In this document: positions 26,719 through 37,459 of the stretch, one piece after another | Layout: the number at the start of each line of letters is the position of its first letter | How positions within the stretch are numbered: the stretch's first letter is position 1 | DNA from: a virus | Reading direction: 5' to 3' (one strand) | DNA: 57,626 nt | Virus record (IMG/VR): IMGVR_UViG_3300045988_064576 | Translations under genes and position numbers: made by a program | The notes under the pieces: model-generated | The model's input: only the letters and a program-made list of their open reading frames with translations | Database searches by the model: none | What the model was told of the DNA's origin: nothing

Positions 26719-26939
26719 CAGTTCCACTCTTTGATGGCTAACTCAATAAACCTAATCAAGTAGTCCATCAATTTCTCATTTGTAATGCGCGCGATCATGT
26801 CGCACAACTTCTGCCTCTTCTCTTCCACGTCGTAACCCCCTAACACATAAATTCGCAAATCCATATGCCTATTATAGAACATACGTTCTTTTGTGTCAAT
26901 ATTTAAGGGGAGAATGTGATAAATATAGGGCGATAGCAC
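26718..26939 (-). CDS. Hypothetical protein downstream of the endolysin
   Basis: ORF track 73 aa; start unclear. Confidence 0.3.
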   Translation of the reverse strand: MLSPYIYHILPLNIDTKERMFYNRHMDLRIYVLGGYDVEEKRQKLCDMIARITNEKLMDYLIRFIELAIKEWN

Positions 26940-27065
26940 TTGTCTACCGCCCCGACCAGAATATTGAGGGGGATTCTGGTGTTCCTATTGGGAACATATT
27001 TATAATAGCACTATAACTTTGATATTTCTATCGAAATCGTGCGTCAAAGTTCGACATCTATTGAC

Positions 27066-27950
27066 TTAGTGAATAAGAGACATAAATGTGTTATATCCAA
27101 CAATTCCATCAACCGTAAGCTGATAGTCTCTCTGATACTGTTTTACAGCAGATTCAAGGTTAGAACCGAATATACCCGGACATTCAAGTTGACAAACATA
27201 TCCTTTAAGCATCAACAGTATTTGTACCGCAGTGACCATATATTGTTTCTCTCCACGCTTGACATAATGACTTCCAAGAGCTGTCTTAGAACCATTACCC
27301 CAGATGCCATCAACAGCAATTCCTTTCTTGTAATCAAGATTGATTGCTGTCTGCAAAACCTTAATTCCGGCTTTGATTGTGTTGACTCCTCGGATTCCAT
27401 CAACAGAAATTTTGACACCAGCAAAATTATTTGCGTGTGTCTGTCCGTTTCTCACGATTGCATCTTTTCCCGGCACATTTGGAACTGGATTATTTTCCGG
27501 CTTGCTGACGTCAGCAGAAACAGAACCATTTGTAATATAGTCAAACGGATAATTCTTTCCCGGACACGCTGTCGAACCGACATCTCTGTGTCTAACAACT
27601 GTTGTGATTTTATATTTGTTCTTTAAGTAAGCGATAAGCTCCTTAATTGCATTTTTCTGTGCATCCGACATTGTTTCATTCTCGAAGTTTCCTTCTGCAC
27701 AAATTCCGATTGAATTGTAGTTAGAACCAGAAGCGTGTGCGCCGATTGCGTATTCAGGACGCCCACGATAAATTGAACCATCCTTGCGAACATAAAAGTG
27801 ATATCCGATTCCAGACCATCCTTTAGCTTTGTGTACGTTGTGAACAGCTTCAACAGAGCCATTCATTGCTGCATGGTGAAGAATAATTCTCTTTGTGCTT
27901 GATCTCTTTGATAAAGTTCCGAATTTTAAGTTTGTTTCAATAATGTTCAT
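27066..27950 (-). CDS. Endolysin: N-acetylmuramoyl-L-alanine amidase with two peptidoglycan-binding repeats
   Basis: IILHHAA..GIGYHFYV..AIGAHA (Amidase_2/PGRP); C-terminal ..AVDGIWGNGSKTAL.. and ..TVDGIVGYNTFMSL. Confidence 0.9.
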   Translation of the reverse strand: MNIIETNLKFGTLSKRSSTKRIILHHAAMNGSVEAVHNVHKAKGWSGIGYHFYVRKDGSIYRGRPEYAIGAHASGSNYNSIGICAEGNFENETMSDAQKNAIKELIAYLKNKYKITTVVRHRDVGSTACPGKNYPFDYITNGSVSADVSKPENNPVPNVPGKDAIVRNGQTHANNFAGVKISVDGIRGVNTIKAGIKVLQTAINLDYKKGIAVDGIWGNGSKTALGSHYVKRGEKQYMVTAVQILLMLKGYVCQLECPGIFGSNLESAVKQYQRDYQLTVDGIVGYNTFMSLIH

Positions 27951-27974
27951 GGTTATTTACCTCCTAAAAATAAA

Positions 27975-28008
27975 CATCAAAACAAGACCTACATGTTTCA
28001 TTAGGTCT
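27975..28008 (-). terminator. Terminator-like hairpin between the fibre locus and the endolysin
   Basis: AGACCTA (27985-91) / TAGGTCT (28002-08), followed in minus sense by TGTTTTG. Confidence 0.4.
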
Positions 28009-28146
28009 AAAAAATTATATAAAGCCGTTAGGCGATATATCGTTATGCTACTCCTTTATGTTCGATACTAGAACCTTGTAAAATTCTCCTAAAAAGTTTT
28101 TTAGGAATTATTATACGCCTGCTTGTCAAGCCCCGGTCAAAATAAA

Positions 28147-28160
28147 CTAAACTCGAATAT
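28147..28160 (+). repeat. Left inverted repeat CTAAACTCGAATAT
   Basis: Perfect reverse complement of 28843-28856. Confidence 0.95.
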
Positions 28161-28506
28161 GAATCACTTCATAGCAGAAGATATTTCATTTACAGAAAAT
28201 GTTAAAATTGGAACGATTTACGCACATAAAAACGGGAATTGCGTAACAATCACATCATGGTCGCAAGCAAGTCAAGATTTAGGAACATCAAGTAGTTATG
28301 CAACTGTTGGAGTTCTGCCACAACAATATATACCCAATTATTCGTTATTGTCGTATTGTTGTATTAACAACGATATATTGTGTCAGCTCATTATTGGAAA
28401 TGATGGTCTAATTAAAATTGGATATTCGCTTTCGCTTACCAACAACTCAAGTTGTGACATTCATAAGGGTATAGCAATTTATTTTACAATCACTTATGTA
28501 ATTTAA
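28161..28506 (+). CDS. Silent alternative tail-fibre C-terminal cassette (115 codons)
   Basis: Open frame continuous with the left repeat; no SD or promoter of its own; MNHFIAEDISFTENVKIG...FTITYVI. Confidence 0.55.
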
Positions 28507-28535
28507 TCAGTAGTATTCGTTCTATACGATTTGCT

Positions 28536-30359
28536 TTATGCTCTAATTTGAGTTATTTGCATAAGATCCGCATTCCATCCAGCACAGTCTACTGCTGTAT
28601 AAAACAATCGCCCTGTTAAATTGTCGAACATTAAATAACCTGTTATATAATACGATGGATTTTTAAATACAACAAATCCAGATGACATACCAGAATAACA
28701 TTTTATTGTTCTAGTTAATTCTGCATTGGTAGTTGTTGGATTTATAGATACAATGATTTCTCCTTTATCCATTAGTAAATTATTTTCGTATATTTGCATG
28801 TTGGAAGAAAAATTCAGTGCAGTTGATATTATTTGCTTGTAGATATTCGAGTTTAGGGTACTTAACGCTCCTGTCACAGTTCCATCTCCAATCGTTGATA
28901 TATCTGTTGTTCCCATCTTTGATAGCAACCATCTTACATTTTTGAAGATAGTAGAAACTTTGCTAAAAATCGAAGCATGTGTTTCTCCACTTGTCAGCAA
29001 TGCTGGTGCCGTAGAATCGCCTGTTGTTGAATCGTTCGATGTGAATGTGACAGTGTTATCTTGGCTATTTCCATCGGTCGCTAAAGCTCCGATATTTGCG
29101 CATGTGATATTTACATTACCGCGCCTGAAAGTTGTTTCATTTGCTCCCTTAACACCTGTTACAGGACTTCCGGCTAAGACATCCCATTTACCGGCTTCTG
29201 TCTTGTAAACATTGCTTCCTGCCGGTTCTGTGATTCCTGCACCCTCAACAAAATCAGAAGTTGTAACAAATTCATCGGATATATTGTACATATCACCGGC
29301 ACTCGCAGAACTAACAGACGGTAAATTTGCAAAAGTGACAGTTCCCATTGGTCGCAATGCTCCGCTGAACGATTCAGAGATGGCTTTTGCCTGTTCATAA
29401 TACTTCTTTGCGTTGGCTTCGGAAGTAGCGGCGTTAGATGCACTTGTGGATGCCGCCGCCGCTTTGGATGTTGCTGTGGATGCACTATTGGCTGCCGCTG
29501 TTGCACTTTGGGCTGCTTCACTCGCCTTTGTGCTTGCCGTTGACATGCTTTCAGCTGCGGATGATGCACTCTTGCTTGCATTGCTCTCTGACGTTGCAGA
29601 TTTGGTTGCAGATGCACTTGCTGATGATGCACTTGATGCCGCTTCACTCGCCTTAGTGCTTGCCGTTGATGCAGAATTAGCAGATGCAGTCGCACTCTTG
29701 CTTGCCTGTTCACTGTAATACTTTGAGTTATCGGTATCTTCTCCGTCACGAACGCCTGCGCCACCAATAGCGTATGATTGTGATAACTTGGCATTGTCGT
29801 ATGCAGAATTACTACTTGTCGTCGCTGAATTTGCCATAGATTCCGCTTTTGTAGCCTGTGCAGTTATCTTGGCAAGATAGCCTGTCTCCAACATTGCATC
29901 AGTAATCGAACCATTCTTAACAGATGCAGATATCTTACCTGTCGAATCGACAGAGAATGCAATCGTCGTGGAATCCTTGAACTCATATTGCGTGATAAGT
30001 GCAGACATGTCGACATATTGTTTAGAACCGTCTGATAACGTAAGCACAAGTCTCTGCGTCAAATAATCATAAGTGAAATTCGTTGCAATCTTCTCTAAAT
30101 TCGTGTCATAAGTCTTAGTAGAACCATTCTTATATGTTACTGTAATTACACCATCTGCATCGTTGACAGATATATCAGCGACCATGCCATTGACGACTTG
30201 TGCGTCTGCTTTCAAGACATCTAATTGCACAATTCTATCATCCAACGCATCAATGCCTGATTCTATGTGGTTCATATCCGATGCATTTAACGGTGTGTCT
30301 GTCGATGGTCGATTCTTCCAAAATAATCGTTCAAATGCTTTTTTCCATCCTTGTGACAT
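28536..30359 (-). CDS. Tail fibre / receptor-binding protein (expressed orientation)
   Basis: 607 aa; N-terminal WKKAFERLFWKNRPSTDTPLNASDMNHIE; long S/A/T-rich repeats; last structural gene before lysis. Confidence 0.8.
   Translation of the reverse strand: MSQGWKKAFERLFWKNRPSTDTPLNASDMNHIESGIDALDDRIVQLDVLKADAQVVNGMVADISVNDADGVITVTYKNGSTKTYDTNLEKIATNFTYDYLTQRLVLTLSDGSKQYVDMSALITQYEFKDSTTIAFSVDSTGKISASVKNGSITDAMLETGYLAKITAQATKAESMANSATTSSNSAYDNAKLSQSYAIGGAGVRDGEDTDNSKYYSEQASKSATASANSASTASTKASEAASSASSASASATKSATSESNASKSASSAAESMSTASTKASEAAQSATAAANSASTATSKAAAASTSASNAATSEANAKKYYEQAKAISESFSGALRPMGTVTFANLPSVSSASAGDMYNISDEFVTTSDFVEGAGITEPAGSNVYKTEAGKWDVLAGSPVTGVKGANETTFRRGNVNITCANIGALATDGNSQDNTVTFTSNDSTTGDSTAPALLTSGETHASIFSKVSTIFKNVRWLLSKMGTTDISTIGDGTVTGALSTLNSNIYKQIISTALNFSSNMQIYENNLLMDKGEIIVSINPTTTNAELTRTIKCYSGMSSGFVVFKNPSYYITGYLMFDNLTGRLFYTAVDCAGWNADLMQITQIRA
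28843..28856 (-). repeat. Right inverted repeat (codons 502-505 of the fibre gene)
   Basis: ATATTCGAGTTTAG on the plus strand = reverse complement of the left repeat. Confidence 0.95.
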
Positions 30360-30361
30360 AG

Positions 30362-32470
30362 CTATTTACCTCCCAACTTCTTCTCTAATACTAAAATTCT
30401 TTCATTCTGCGATTGCACCGTTGCTACAAGGTCAGCAATCAATTCCTCATATCGAATTGCCTTACCTCCATTTTCCCCGGTGTCAATATTTGCGTCGCAG
30501 TAAACTCCCCAATCGCTCTGCATAGAATCGTGAAGCTCCTGTGCGATAAATCCATGATGCAAGCGATCGGATGTGCCATCTTTATACTTGTATTCAACAG
30601 GATTCAAGGCATAAATAAAGTCACTAGATTTGTGTGTGTCTAGTGACTGAATATTTATCTTGATGCTTTTGTCTGAGGAAATAACCGGCGAAGATCCCAA
30701 ATATGCAGTTCCGTTCGTAAAGAAACCAGCCGTTTCCACTTTAGCATAATCTCCGGTTTTTGGGTATCCATCTTCATATACTCCAACGCTCGTCGGTGTA
30801 ATTATCGTGTGCCTTAATTTTGCTCCAAGAATAGATATTAGCTCCTGCATAATTAAATAACCGACATTATCTTCATATGCTTCTGCTGACAATCTCATTT
30901 CTGAATACTTTTGTCCATTGTAATAAAATTCACTCTTAAATGTTTTTGCATTGATGTCGCCTTCGATGTTTGCGTCATTGCAAGTCATTTTTCCTTCTTT
31001 AGTCACGCTAAAATTGTCAGAGGTTATAGCAATATTCTTGCCTGTAAGATTTATTATTCCGCCGGACAGAAGATTGATTACGTCGCTTGCAGACAGATTT
31101 ATATTATCTGCGTCAACCTTAAATTCCGTTCCGCTACCTGTATCTCCAATCAGTGATACTTGAACAATTTTGTCCGTTGCAGAATTCACGCGAAGCACAA
31201 TCTGCTGTTCAGTTTGTTCAATTCGTGTAGACAGTTCGTTTTCTGCGTCCGTTGCACGCTTAACTTCCGATTCCAAACCTTTCTCTGTGACTTGTACGGA
31301 TGTTTTAACTCTTTCGGTTGTTTTATTAAGTCGTTGAAGTTGTGCGGTTACACCGTTCATATCTTTTTCAAGAATTTCTTTACCTTTGCAGATATAAGAA
31401 TCTCGAAGTGCCTTAATTCCGGTTAAATCACGTTGAAAAACATATGTTTCAAATCCATATCCGTTTACTTCACCGCTGATAAAATCTCCACATTCAACGT
31501 ATGGTTGTCCCTTTATCTTTGATGAATTGATTGGTCGGTAAGATATAGACGAAATCTTACTCAACAGCGTATTCGCAAGTGCTGTAATCGTTTCGTGTGT
31601 CTGCCCCATAATCACGAAGTTATCTTGCACGTAATATGGATTTTGGTTATTCTCTGTGATTACCTGTGCGCCATCTGAATCCACGATTATTACACCATCA
31701 ATATTTGAAGTAAAGAAATCTTCAACCAATGGATGATCATACATAAGTGACGTAGGAATATTGAATGAATTTTCGCTGCTTCCACTTCCGGCAGATGGGT
31801 ATAAGTCGTTTGCTGGGAATAAATCATCAGCTGGCAACAACATAGAAGATTCAAGTGACAAATAATCAAGCTTGCCATATCTATCCATCCGACCAAACAC
31901 ACCGCTGATTTCGCATATCTGTTTCATTAACGAAAGTCCGTTGATTCCGTTTGACGAATCAAGCTCTTTGGTAAGCATTACATTATCTGCAATCAGCGTG
32001 ACATCGTTCTGCTCCACTCCGACATAATTGCAAAGGCTATCCCTAAAATTCTTAACGCTGATAGGAAATGTAAGGCTGTCATACCAATCTTTAACATCAA
32101 CATCGAAATACCGCATTTTATCGTATGCGGTCAGTTTCTTATAGTCTTTGCCAGCATATTTCTCAATCGTTTCCACGTAGAACACGCCCAACGGAATCTC
32201 TGTTTTTTTGGTGATAAGTACCGGCTCGATTTCATATCCTTTAATTCCGCTATTCAAATTGAATACTGTCAATTCAAAGCTGGATGCATTACAACCGCCA
32301 AATTTCAACTGTTCTTCTTCACAAATTGATTCGTGCAATGTCATTTGCTCTGAAAGCACGTCCGAACCTTTAATCGTTGGAAATGCATTATCCTTAAATT
32401 TCACTTCTAATTCGATTGGCGTTCCATCTTTGATATATAATTTTTTAATATCTTCCGAAATCTTAATCAT
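30362..32470 (-). CDS. Tail-associated (Tal-like) protein with C-terminal Peptidase_S74 intramolecular chaperone domain
   Basis: SSDKSIKINIQSL...HHGFIAQEL...YEELIADLV; start ATG 32470 (ATGA overlap). Confidence 0.7.
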   Translation of the reverse strand: MIKISEDIKKLYIKDGTPIELEVKFKDNAFPTIKGSDVLSEQMTLHESICEEEQLKFGGCNASSFELTVFNLNSGIKGYEIEPVLITKKTEIPLGVFYVETIEKYAGKDYKKLTAYDKMRYFDVDVKDWYDSLTFPISVKNFRDSLCNYVGVEQNDVTLIADNVMLTKELDSSNGINGLSLMKQICEISGVFGRMDRYGKLDYLSLESSMLLPADDLFPANDLYPSAGSGSSENSFNIPTSLMYDHPLVEDFFTSNIDGVIIVDSDGAQVITENNQNPYYVQDNFVIMGQTHETITALANTLLSKISSISYRPINSSKIKGQPYVECGDFISGEVNGYGFETYVFQRDLTGIKALRDSYICKGKEILEKDMNGVTAQLQRLNKTTERVKTSVQVTEKGLESEVKRATDAENELSTRIEQTEQQIVLRVNSATDKIVQVSLIGDTGSGTEFKVDADNINLSASDVINLLSGGIINLTGKNIAITSDNFSVTKEGKMTCNDANIEGDINAKTFKSEFYYNGQKYSEMRLSAEAYEDNVGYLIMQELISILGAKLRHTIITPTSVGVYEDGYPKTGDYAKVETAGFFTNGTAYLGSSPVISSDKSIKINIQSLDTHKSSDFIYALNPVEYKYKDGTSDRLHHGFIAQELHDSMQSDWGVYCDANIDTGENGGKAIRYEELIADLVATVQSQNERILVLEKKLGGK

Positions 32471-32886
32471 ACTGTTTTTACTCCATAAGAAATCCATGCC
32501 ATTCTTGTTGATAGATACTTGATTTCCTTTTCATCAGCAAAGTACATAGTCGGTTCAAAATCAGCCATGTACATATCACTTGTCACATACTTATTTAATT
32601 CAGGCACATATACTTCAACACTTGCTTTTTTCTCAACTGCATTTGTATAGTTGGCTTGAATATTCGCAAAAATGCTTGACACCTGCGTATTATCAAGCAT
32701 ATTTCGTGTCTCAAATTCAACTTTCGGTGCAGTATTTTCCAAAGCCGTTCTATGTAAAATTCCATTTACATCACGTGTTGAATCCAAGTCTTGTCCGTAA
32801 TTCGTTGCCTTGTAGCTTTCTGCCTTAATCATCGAAAGCGGAAATATGTAATTGCCAATCTTAATTAAATAGCCTTTATATGCCAT
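32467..32886 (-). CDS. Distal tail protein-like (assigned by position)
   Basis: 139 aa, immediately after the tape measure gene. Confidence 0.4.
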   Translation of the reverse strand: MAYKGYLIKIGNYIFPLSMIKAESYKATNYGQDLDSTRDVNGILHRTALENTAPKVEFETRNMLDNTQVSSIFANIQANYTNAVEKKASVEVYVPELNKYVTSDMYMADFEPTMYFADEKEIKYLSTRMAWISYGVKTV

Positions 32887-32941
32887 CTAACCACCTCACA
32901 TAAAAAGGGCAGACACATTTACGTGCCTACCCTATAAATTC

Positions 32942-35900
32942 TTAATATAACAATGGATTTGTACCTGTCCGGTTGTACGCTTGTCTGTTTGACCGCTTCA
33001 CGCTCTCGAATATATCGTTTGATGATATACCTGTATCTTTCGCAAGCAACTGTCTAAGTAATTCGTTCTGTTCTCGTAATAATCGGTTTTGATCTGCCTG
33101 TGACATTGACATTCCATCTACAATTCCGCTTGCAATGTCTGTTGACATCCGACCGGTATCAATAACTGTCGACGTGCTTGTTGCCACATCTGTATTGATT
33201 GATGATGCAATATCCGCTGACATATCCGCCAAGTCTTGCAATGGGTCTGTAAACTGCAATGATGTGTTGAATGCAGATGTCAAATCCGTAGCCATTCCGC
33301 TTGCATCACTTAACAACTTAGGCATGGCACTTTCCATACCCAAACCGATGCCGGGTGGCAAGAATTGACCGATTTCTTTATTCCACAATCTTGACGGAGA
33401 GTGAATACCAAACGCACGTTTTAATGCGGATGTCAATCCTCTTGCAAGAGACACGATACCGCCGACAAGTCCGGCTGGGCCTGTGCTATTCCATTTGTTT
33501 GTTAAGCCGATCCTAAGTCCGTTGACAAGGTTCGCTCCGATCGGATTCCAATTCTCACGTTGAATTATTCCGCTCGTATTCTTTGTATGTTTTCTTGTAT
33601 CGGATTCAACACCGCCCCATTGATTATTTGCTCCGCCACGAAGTCCGCCTAAAGCGCCAACAAATGCGTTAGTAACATTCTTACCACCGCTTGATGAATC
33701 TACTTTCATCTTGGCAAATTTCTGTGCCATATCGGTTGCCATGCCATTAAGAGTTGTGCCAGAACTGTTCTTCATTCCTGTTAAAGCATTAATCACAGAC
33801 AACGACATACCATTAGCTGAGCTTGTAGCATTTTTAGTCATAACAGAAAAATTGTTTGTAGAATTTCCTGCCATTCCTTGAATACTTGTTACAACCGACC
33901 CAGCCATTCCTTGTACGCTTGATGTCGTATTCTGTGACATATTTTTGACACTGTTAGATGTGCTGTTGTTCATGTTATTGTAATCGGAAACTACACTATT
34001 TTTAGTCTGCTTAACAAGCGACGTTATTTGATTTTTCCCATTTGCAACAGAAGCTCCAACATTGGCTAATCCGTTTTTAGTCTTTCCATCGACATCTTTC
34101 CCCGTTTGTTCCACATATCCAGGAATCAATTTTAAAAATCCGCTGAATTTTTCAGTCATTTTCCATGAAGCATTTTCGATTGCTTCACTAAGCACACCAA
34201 AAGAAGATCTTCCTGTTTTTCCTATGCTTTTTAATGGTTTTTCACCCATTGCAACGGATTTCCATACTTTTTGTACCTGCGGTGGCAGATCTGATATTTT
34301 TTGCTCCATAATTTTTATGTTGCTTATTTGTTCTGCTACCTGTTCTCCTATGCTAGTATGTCCTTCTTTGATTGTTTCTACCAATCCTTTGATAGCTTTG
34401 AATGGCGTATCGTATTCTCTATAATACGATGCCAATTCGCTGTCTCCCTGTGATTCTGCAAGAGATGCAAGACCTGTATTTACTTGTTTTCCGATCAATT
34501 CTCCAAGTCCAAGACCTGCAGCAATGGCAATCCCTATTTGTCCCAAAGAAGCGGTTGCGGCGCTTGTCTTAAAGTAAGCCGCCATTCCACTAAGCAAACC
34601 TCCTCCTGCCGCATTTCCTACGGAAGAAGATGCAAAATGAGTAACTATTGCATTTGTGATTGCGTTTTTTGCAGCCGATGTTAGTTGCACAGCCGTAATC
34701 ACAACGCCAAGAGAAGCAATCGTAAGGCTAATAGCCTTTGCAATGTTTACATTCCCCTCTTTGTCTACAAGCCACTTTGCAACTACATCTGCAAACTTAC
34801 TGAACGGTGTATTTTCGTACAGCCAATTTCCAACCTTGAATCCAATTACCGCTGTTGTAATTGAGATAGAAATTGCTTTGCTAATAGGAATGGTTTTATC
34901 GCCAATTCCTGTTGATATTTCCTTTGCAAGCAAATTCTTTAACACGCCTGTGGCAATCTCTTTACCGCCATGCATCCATTTAAAAGCACCGATGGCAATT
35001 ACAACCGTATCAAGGTCTAATTCGGTAAGGAAGTCAACACCACCCTTTAATACATCCGACCAAGATATATTTTTAAGTGCTGTGAATACTGTATCTTCGA
35101 TTCCGTCTACCCAACCATTGATAGCTTTTGCAAACTTCTTAAAATCAAAGTTTTGGAAAAATCCGTTTATTCCGGATGCAATAGACAACCCAAGATCGTC
35201 AAAATCAAAGTTGTCTGTAAAACTAAGCGATGCAGTAATTGCAGTATTTAATGAATTTGCAATAGTTTTTCCTGTTGCGTAGAAAAGCTGTGGAGATATA
35301 AGACCTGTTAAAAAGTCTGCCAATCCTTTTCCAAAATTCTCCGCACCCTTGTAAGCACTATCCCAATCAATGCTTTCAAGTTCTTTCGTCAGATTTATTC
35401 CGATGTATTCTCCGAGTCCTCTAAGGTTAGAAATGGCACTCTTGTAAAGTCCGTCTGTCTCTGTGACGTTAAACTTCATTCCACCACTTGAACCACCGGA
35501 AGATGCACCGCCACTACCACCAGAACCACCACTACCACCGGAACTATCGTTAGGCGTATTCAGTACATTCAGTTCGTCGAAGCCTTGTAATTGTTGCTTC
35601 AACTTTTTTGCATTATCAGCCGCTTTTCCTGTTCCGGATGCGAGGTCGTCTGCACCTGTTGCGGCATCTTCGAAATCATCCGCAAGTTCGCCACGTTGGA
35701 TTTCCAATTTCCAACCGAATATTGCTCCTAAAGCATTAACGATATTCTCCGAAAAATTGATAACTGCATCCAAGCCCTTGTTAAGTGCTTGAAGCAAAGG
35801 CTTTAACATGTTGATGCCGGCATTACCCCATATAGCACCAAGTCGCGTGAAATTCTCTCCAAGTAATCGCACTTGGTTGTTCCATGTATCAGCGGTTCTT

Positions 35901-37420
35901 GCAAAATCGCCTTGCGCCATGGTTGTCTGCGACATAACGTACTGATAACGAAGCATTGTCTTTTCAGCCTGTGACATGCTATCAATATTAGCATTCATGC
36001 CATTATTCAACGCCCATTGCTTCAAAGTTGCTTGTGTAAGGTCAAGACCATATTTACGAAGCGGAACGACCATGCCGGTATATACCGCTTGCAAATCTTC
36101 CGCAACGTCTGCTTGCGACTTATCATAGAACGATGCAATATCTCCGGCTAACTTAGTAAGATTCAGAGACACATCTGCCATATCGTCGGATGCTTGCACA
36201 TATCCATTTGTGGATTTTGCAAGGAAGTTGTTCGCATCTCCGACCTGTTTTGCGGTGATACCCATAGCAAGGCCCATTGATTGATATGTTGACGCATATT
36301 TCTTAAATGACAATTCGGACATTCCAAGTGTATAAATCGCATTCTTAGCCTGTTCTTCGACTTTATCCATAGACGGTCCAAAACTGTGACTTACAACATT
36401 TTGAACTTCTGTCAATGCACCGCTTATATCTATTGCTTTACGAAATACACCAAGCGCACGGAACAACATCCAATATGTCGCATACACTTTACCGATTGCA
36501 GATGCAAGGTTAAATGAGTGCTTTGATGCTTTCTTTGCAGAATTTCCCCAGCTATTAAGCGAAGATGTAAGTCCGCGTGTCACTCCACCGACGCGATTAC
36601 CGTTCGATGCAAGTTGTCCGATTGCTTGCGTCATTTGGATAATGTTTGCATTAACTGTCGGTGCGGTTGACATTGTTTGCATAAACCGTTTCAACGCTTC
36701 CGCAAGCGCATCAAGGTTTGCAGCTGTTTGTGCAGTTCTGTTTCCAGCAGATGCAAGAAGTCCTAACGCCGATGCAAACTGTATTGTATTCTCTGATACA
36801 ACGCCAGCTTTTGACAATGAATTTATCAGGCGTTTAAGGTTTGCCCCTAATAGTGGTAATGCTGTGCTTGTTGCCTGTGCATTTGCTCCGGCACTTGCCA
36901 ATCTCGACACCGCATTTACGACTTGAATGGTATTGCTTGCAACAGTTTTCGAGCTGTTTAACGCCGATGTAAGTTGGTTTATGTTTGCGCTCAACTGTGC
37001 AAAATTCACGGAATTAAGACCGCTCACATTTGAATTTGACAATCTTGTAATCGAATTTATAAAATTCACAAGACCTTTGTTGTCAAAATTCAAGCCACTA
37101 AGCGTAGCAATTCCACTTGCAAGCGGTGTCAACGTGCTTGATAACTGCGATAGCTTTGTTCCGTCCACCGCTTCAAATTTCTGTATTCCCTTGGAAATTC
37201 GTGTAAAATCGGACAGTTTAACACCTTGGAAACTCTGCATTGCGCCACTAAGGATATTCACGCCGCTTGCCAGCTTTTGAAGTCCTTTAGTATCTACGCC
37301 GCCCAATGACTTAGACAGAACACCCAATTTATTTATGAGTTTGTCAATATCGTTATACGCTTTCTGCGCTTCCGCTCCGATTTTAAGTTGAAGGCTATCA
37401 ATTTCCGTTGCCACGATCAC
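32942..37420 (-). CDS. Tape measure protein
   Basis: 1492 aa; helical/repetitive; GGSGGSGGSGG linker; follows the chaperone pair. Confidence 0.9.
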   Translation of the reverse strand: MIVATEIDSLQLKIGAEAQKAYNDIDKLINKLGVLSKSLGGVDTKGLQKLASGVNILSGAMQSFQGVKLSDFTRISKGIQKFEAVDGTKLSQLSSTLTPLASGIATLSGLNFDNKGLVNFINSITRLSNSNVSGLNSVNFAQLSANINQLTSALNSSKTVASNTIQVVNAVSRLASAGANAQATSTALPLLGANLKRLINSLSKAGVVSENTIQFASALGLLASAGNRTAQTAANLDALAEALKRFMQTMSTAPTVNANIIQMTQAIGQLASNGNRVGGVTRGLTSSLNSWGNSAKKASKHSFNLASAIGKVYATYWMLFRALGVFRKAIDISGALTEVQNVVSHSFGPSMDKVEEQAKNAIYTLGMSELSFKKYASTYQSMGLAMGITAKQVGDANNFLAKSTNGYVQASDDMADVSLNLTKLAGDIASFYDKSQADVAEDLQAVYTGMVVPLRKYGLDLTQATLKQWALNNGMNANIDSMSQAEKTMLRYQYVMSQTTMAQGDFARTADTWNNQVRLLGENFTRLGAIWGNAGINMLKPLLQALNKGLDAVINFSENIVNALGAIFGWKLEIQRGELADDFEDAATGADDLASGTGKAADNAKKLKQQLQGFDELNVLNTPNDSSGGSGGSGGSGGASSGGSSGGMKFNVTETDGLYKSAISNLRGLGEYIGINLTKELESIDWDSAYKGAENFGKGLADFLTGLISPQLFYATGKTIANSLNTAITASLSFTDNFDFDDLGLSIASGINGFFQNFDFKKFAKAINGWVDGIEDTVFTALKNISWSDVLKGGVDFLTELDLDTVVIAIGAFKWMHGGKEIATGVLKNLLAKEISTGIGDKTIPISKAISISITTAVIGFKVGNWLYENTPFSKFADVVAKWLVDKEGNVNIAKAISLTIASLGVVITAVQLTSAAKNAITNAIVTHFASSSVGNAAGGGLLSGMAAYFKTSAATASLGQIGIAIAAGLGLGELIGKQVNTGLASLAESQGDSELASYYREYDTPFKAIKGLVETIKEGHTSIGEQVAEQISNIKIMEQKISDLPPQVQKVWKSVAMGEKPLKSIGKTGRSSFGVLSEAIENASWKMTEKFSGFLKLIPGYVEQTGKDVDGKTKNGLANVGASVANGKNQITSLVKQTKNSVVSDYNNMNNSTSNSVKNMSQNTTSSVQGMAGSVVTSIQGMAGNSTNNFSVMTKNATSSANGMSLSVINALTGMKNSSGTTLNGMATDMAQKFAKMKVDSSSGGKNVTNAFVGALGGLRGGANNQWGGVESDTRKHTKNTSGIIQRENWNPIGANLVNGLRIGLTNKWNSTGPAGLVGGIVSLARGLTSALKRAFGIHSPSRLWNKEIGQFLPPGIGLGMESAMPKLLSDASGMATDLTSAFNTSLQFTDPLQDLADMSADIASSINTDVATSTSTVIDTGRMSTDIASGIVDGMSMSQADQNRLLREQNELLRQLLAKDTGISSNDIFESVKRSNRQAYNRTGTNPLLY

Positions 37421-37459
37421 ACCAACTTTCTGTCACATAGTAAAAAAGACGGCACAAAC

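Larger units (their letters stand above)
28147..28856. other. Putative invertible DNA segment switching the tail-fibre C-terminal domain
   Basis: 14-bp perfect inverted repeats, both in frame as L-N-S-N. Two tail-to-tail C-terminal cassettes lie inside. Confidence 0.6.

Noticed and set aside
28536-30359. Diversity-generating retroelement targeting the fibre tip
   Set aside because: There is no reverse transcriptase gene or template/variable repeat pair anywhere in the genome. The inverted-repeat cassette structure explains the locus better.
33135-37280. Numerous plus-strand ORFs antisense to the tape measure gene; likewise 29413-29718 and 29174-29794 in the fibre gene
   Set aside because: They are antisense or alternate-frame shadows of long repetitive genes with Ala/Ser/Leu-rich codon periodicity, and they have no translation signals.
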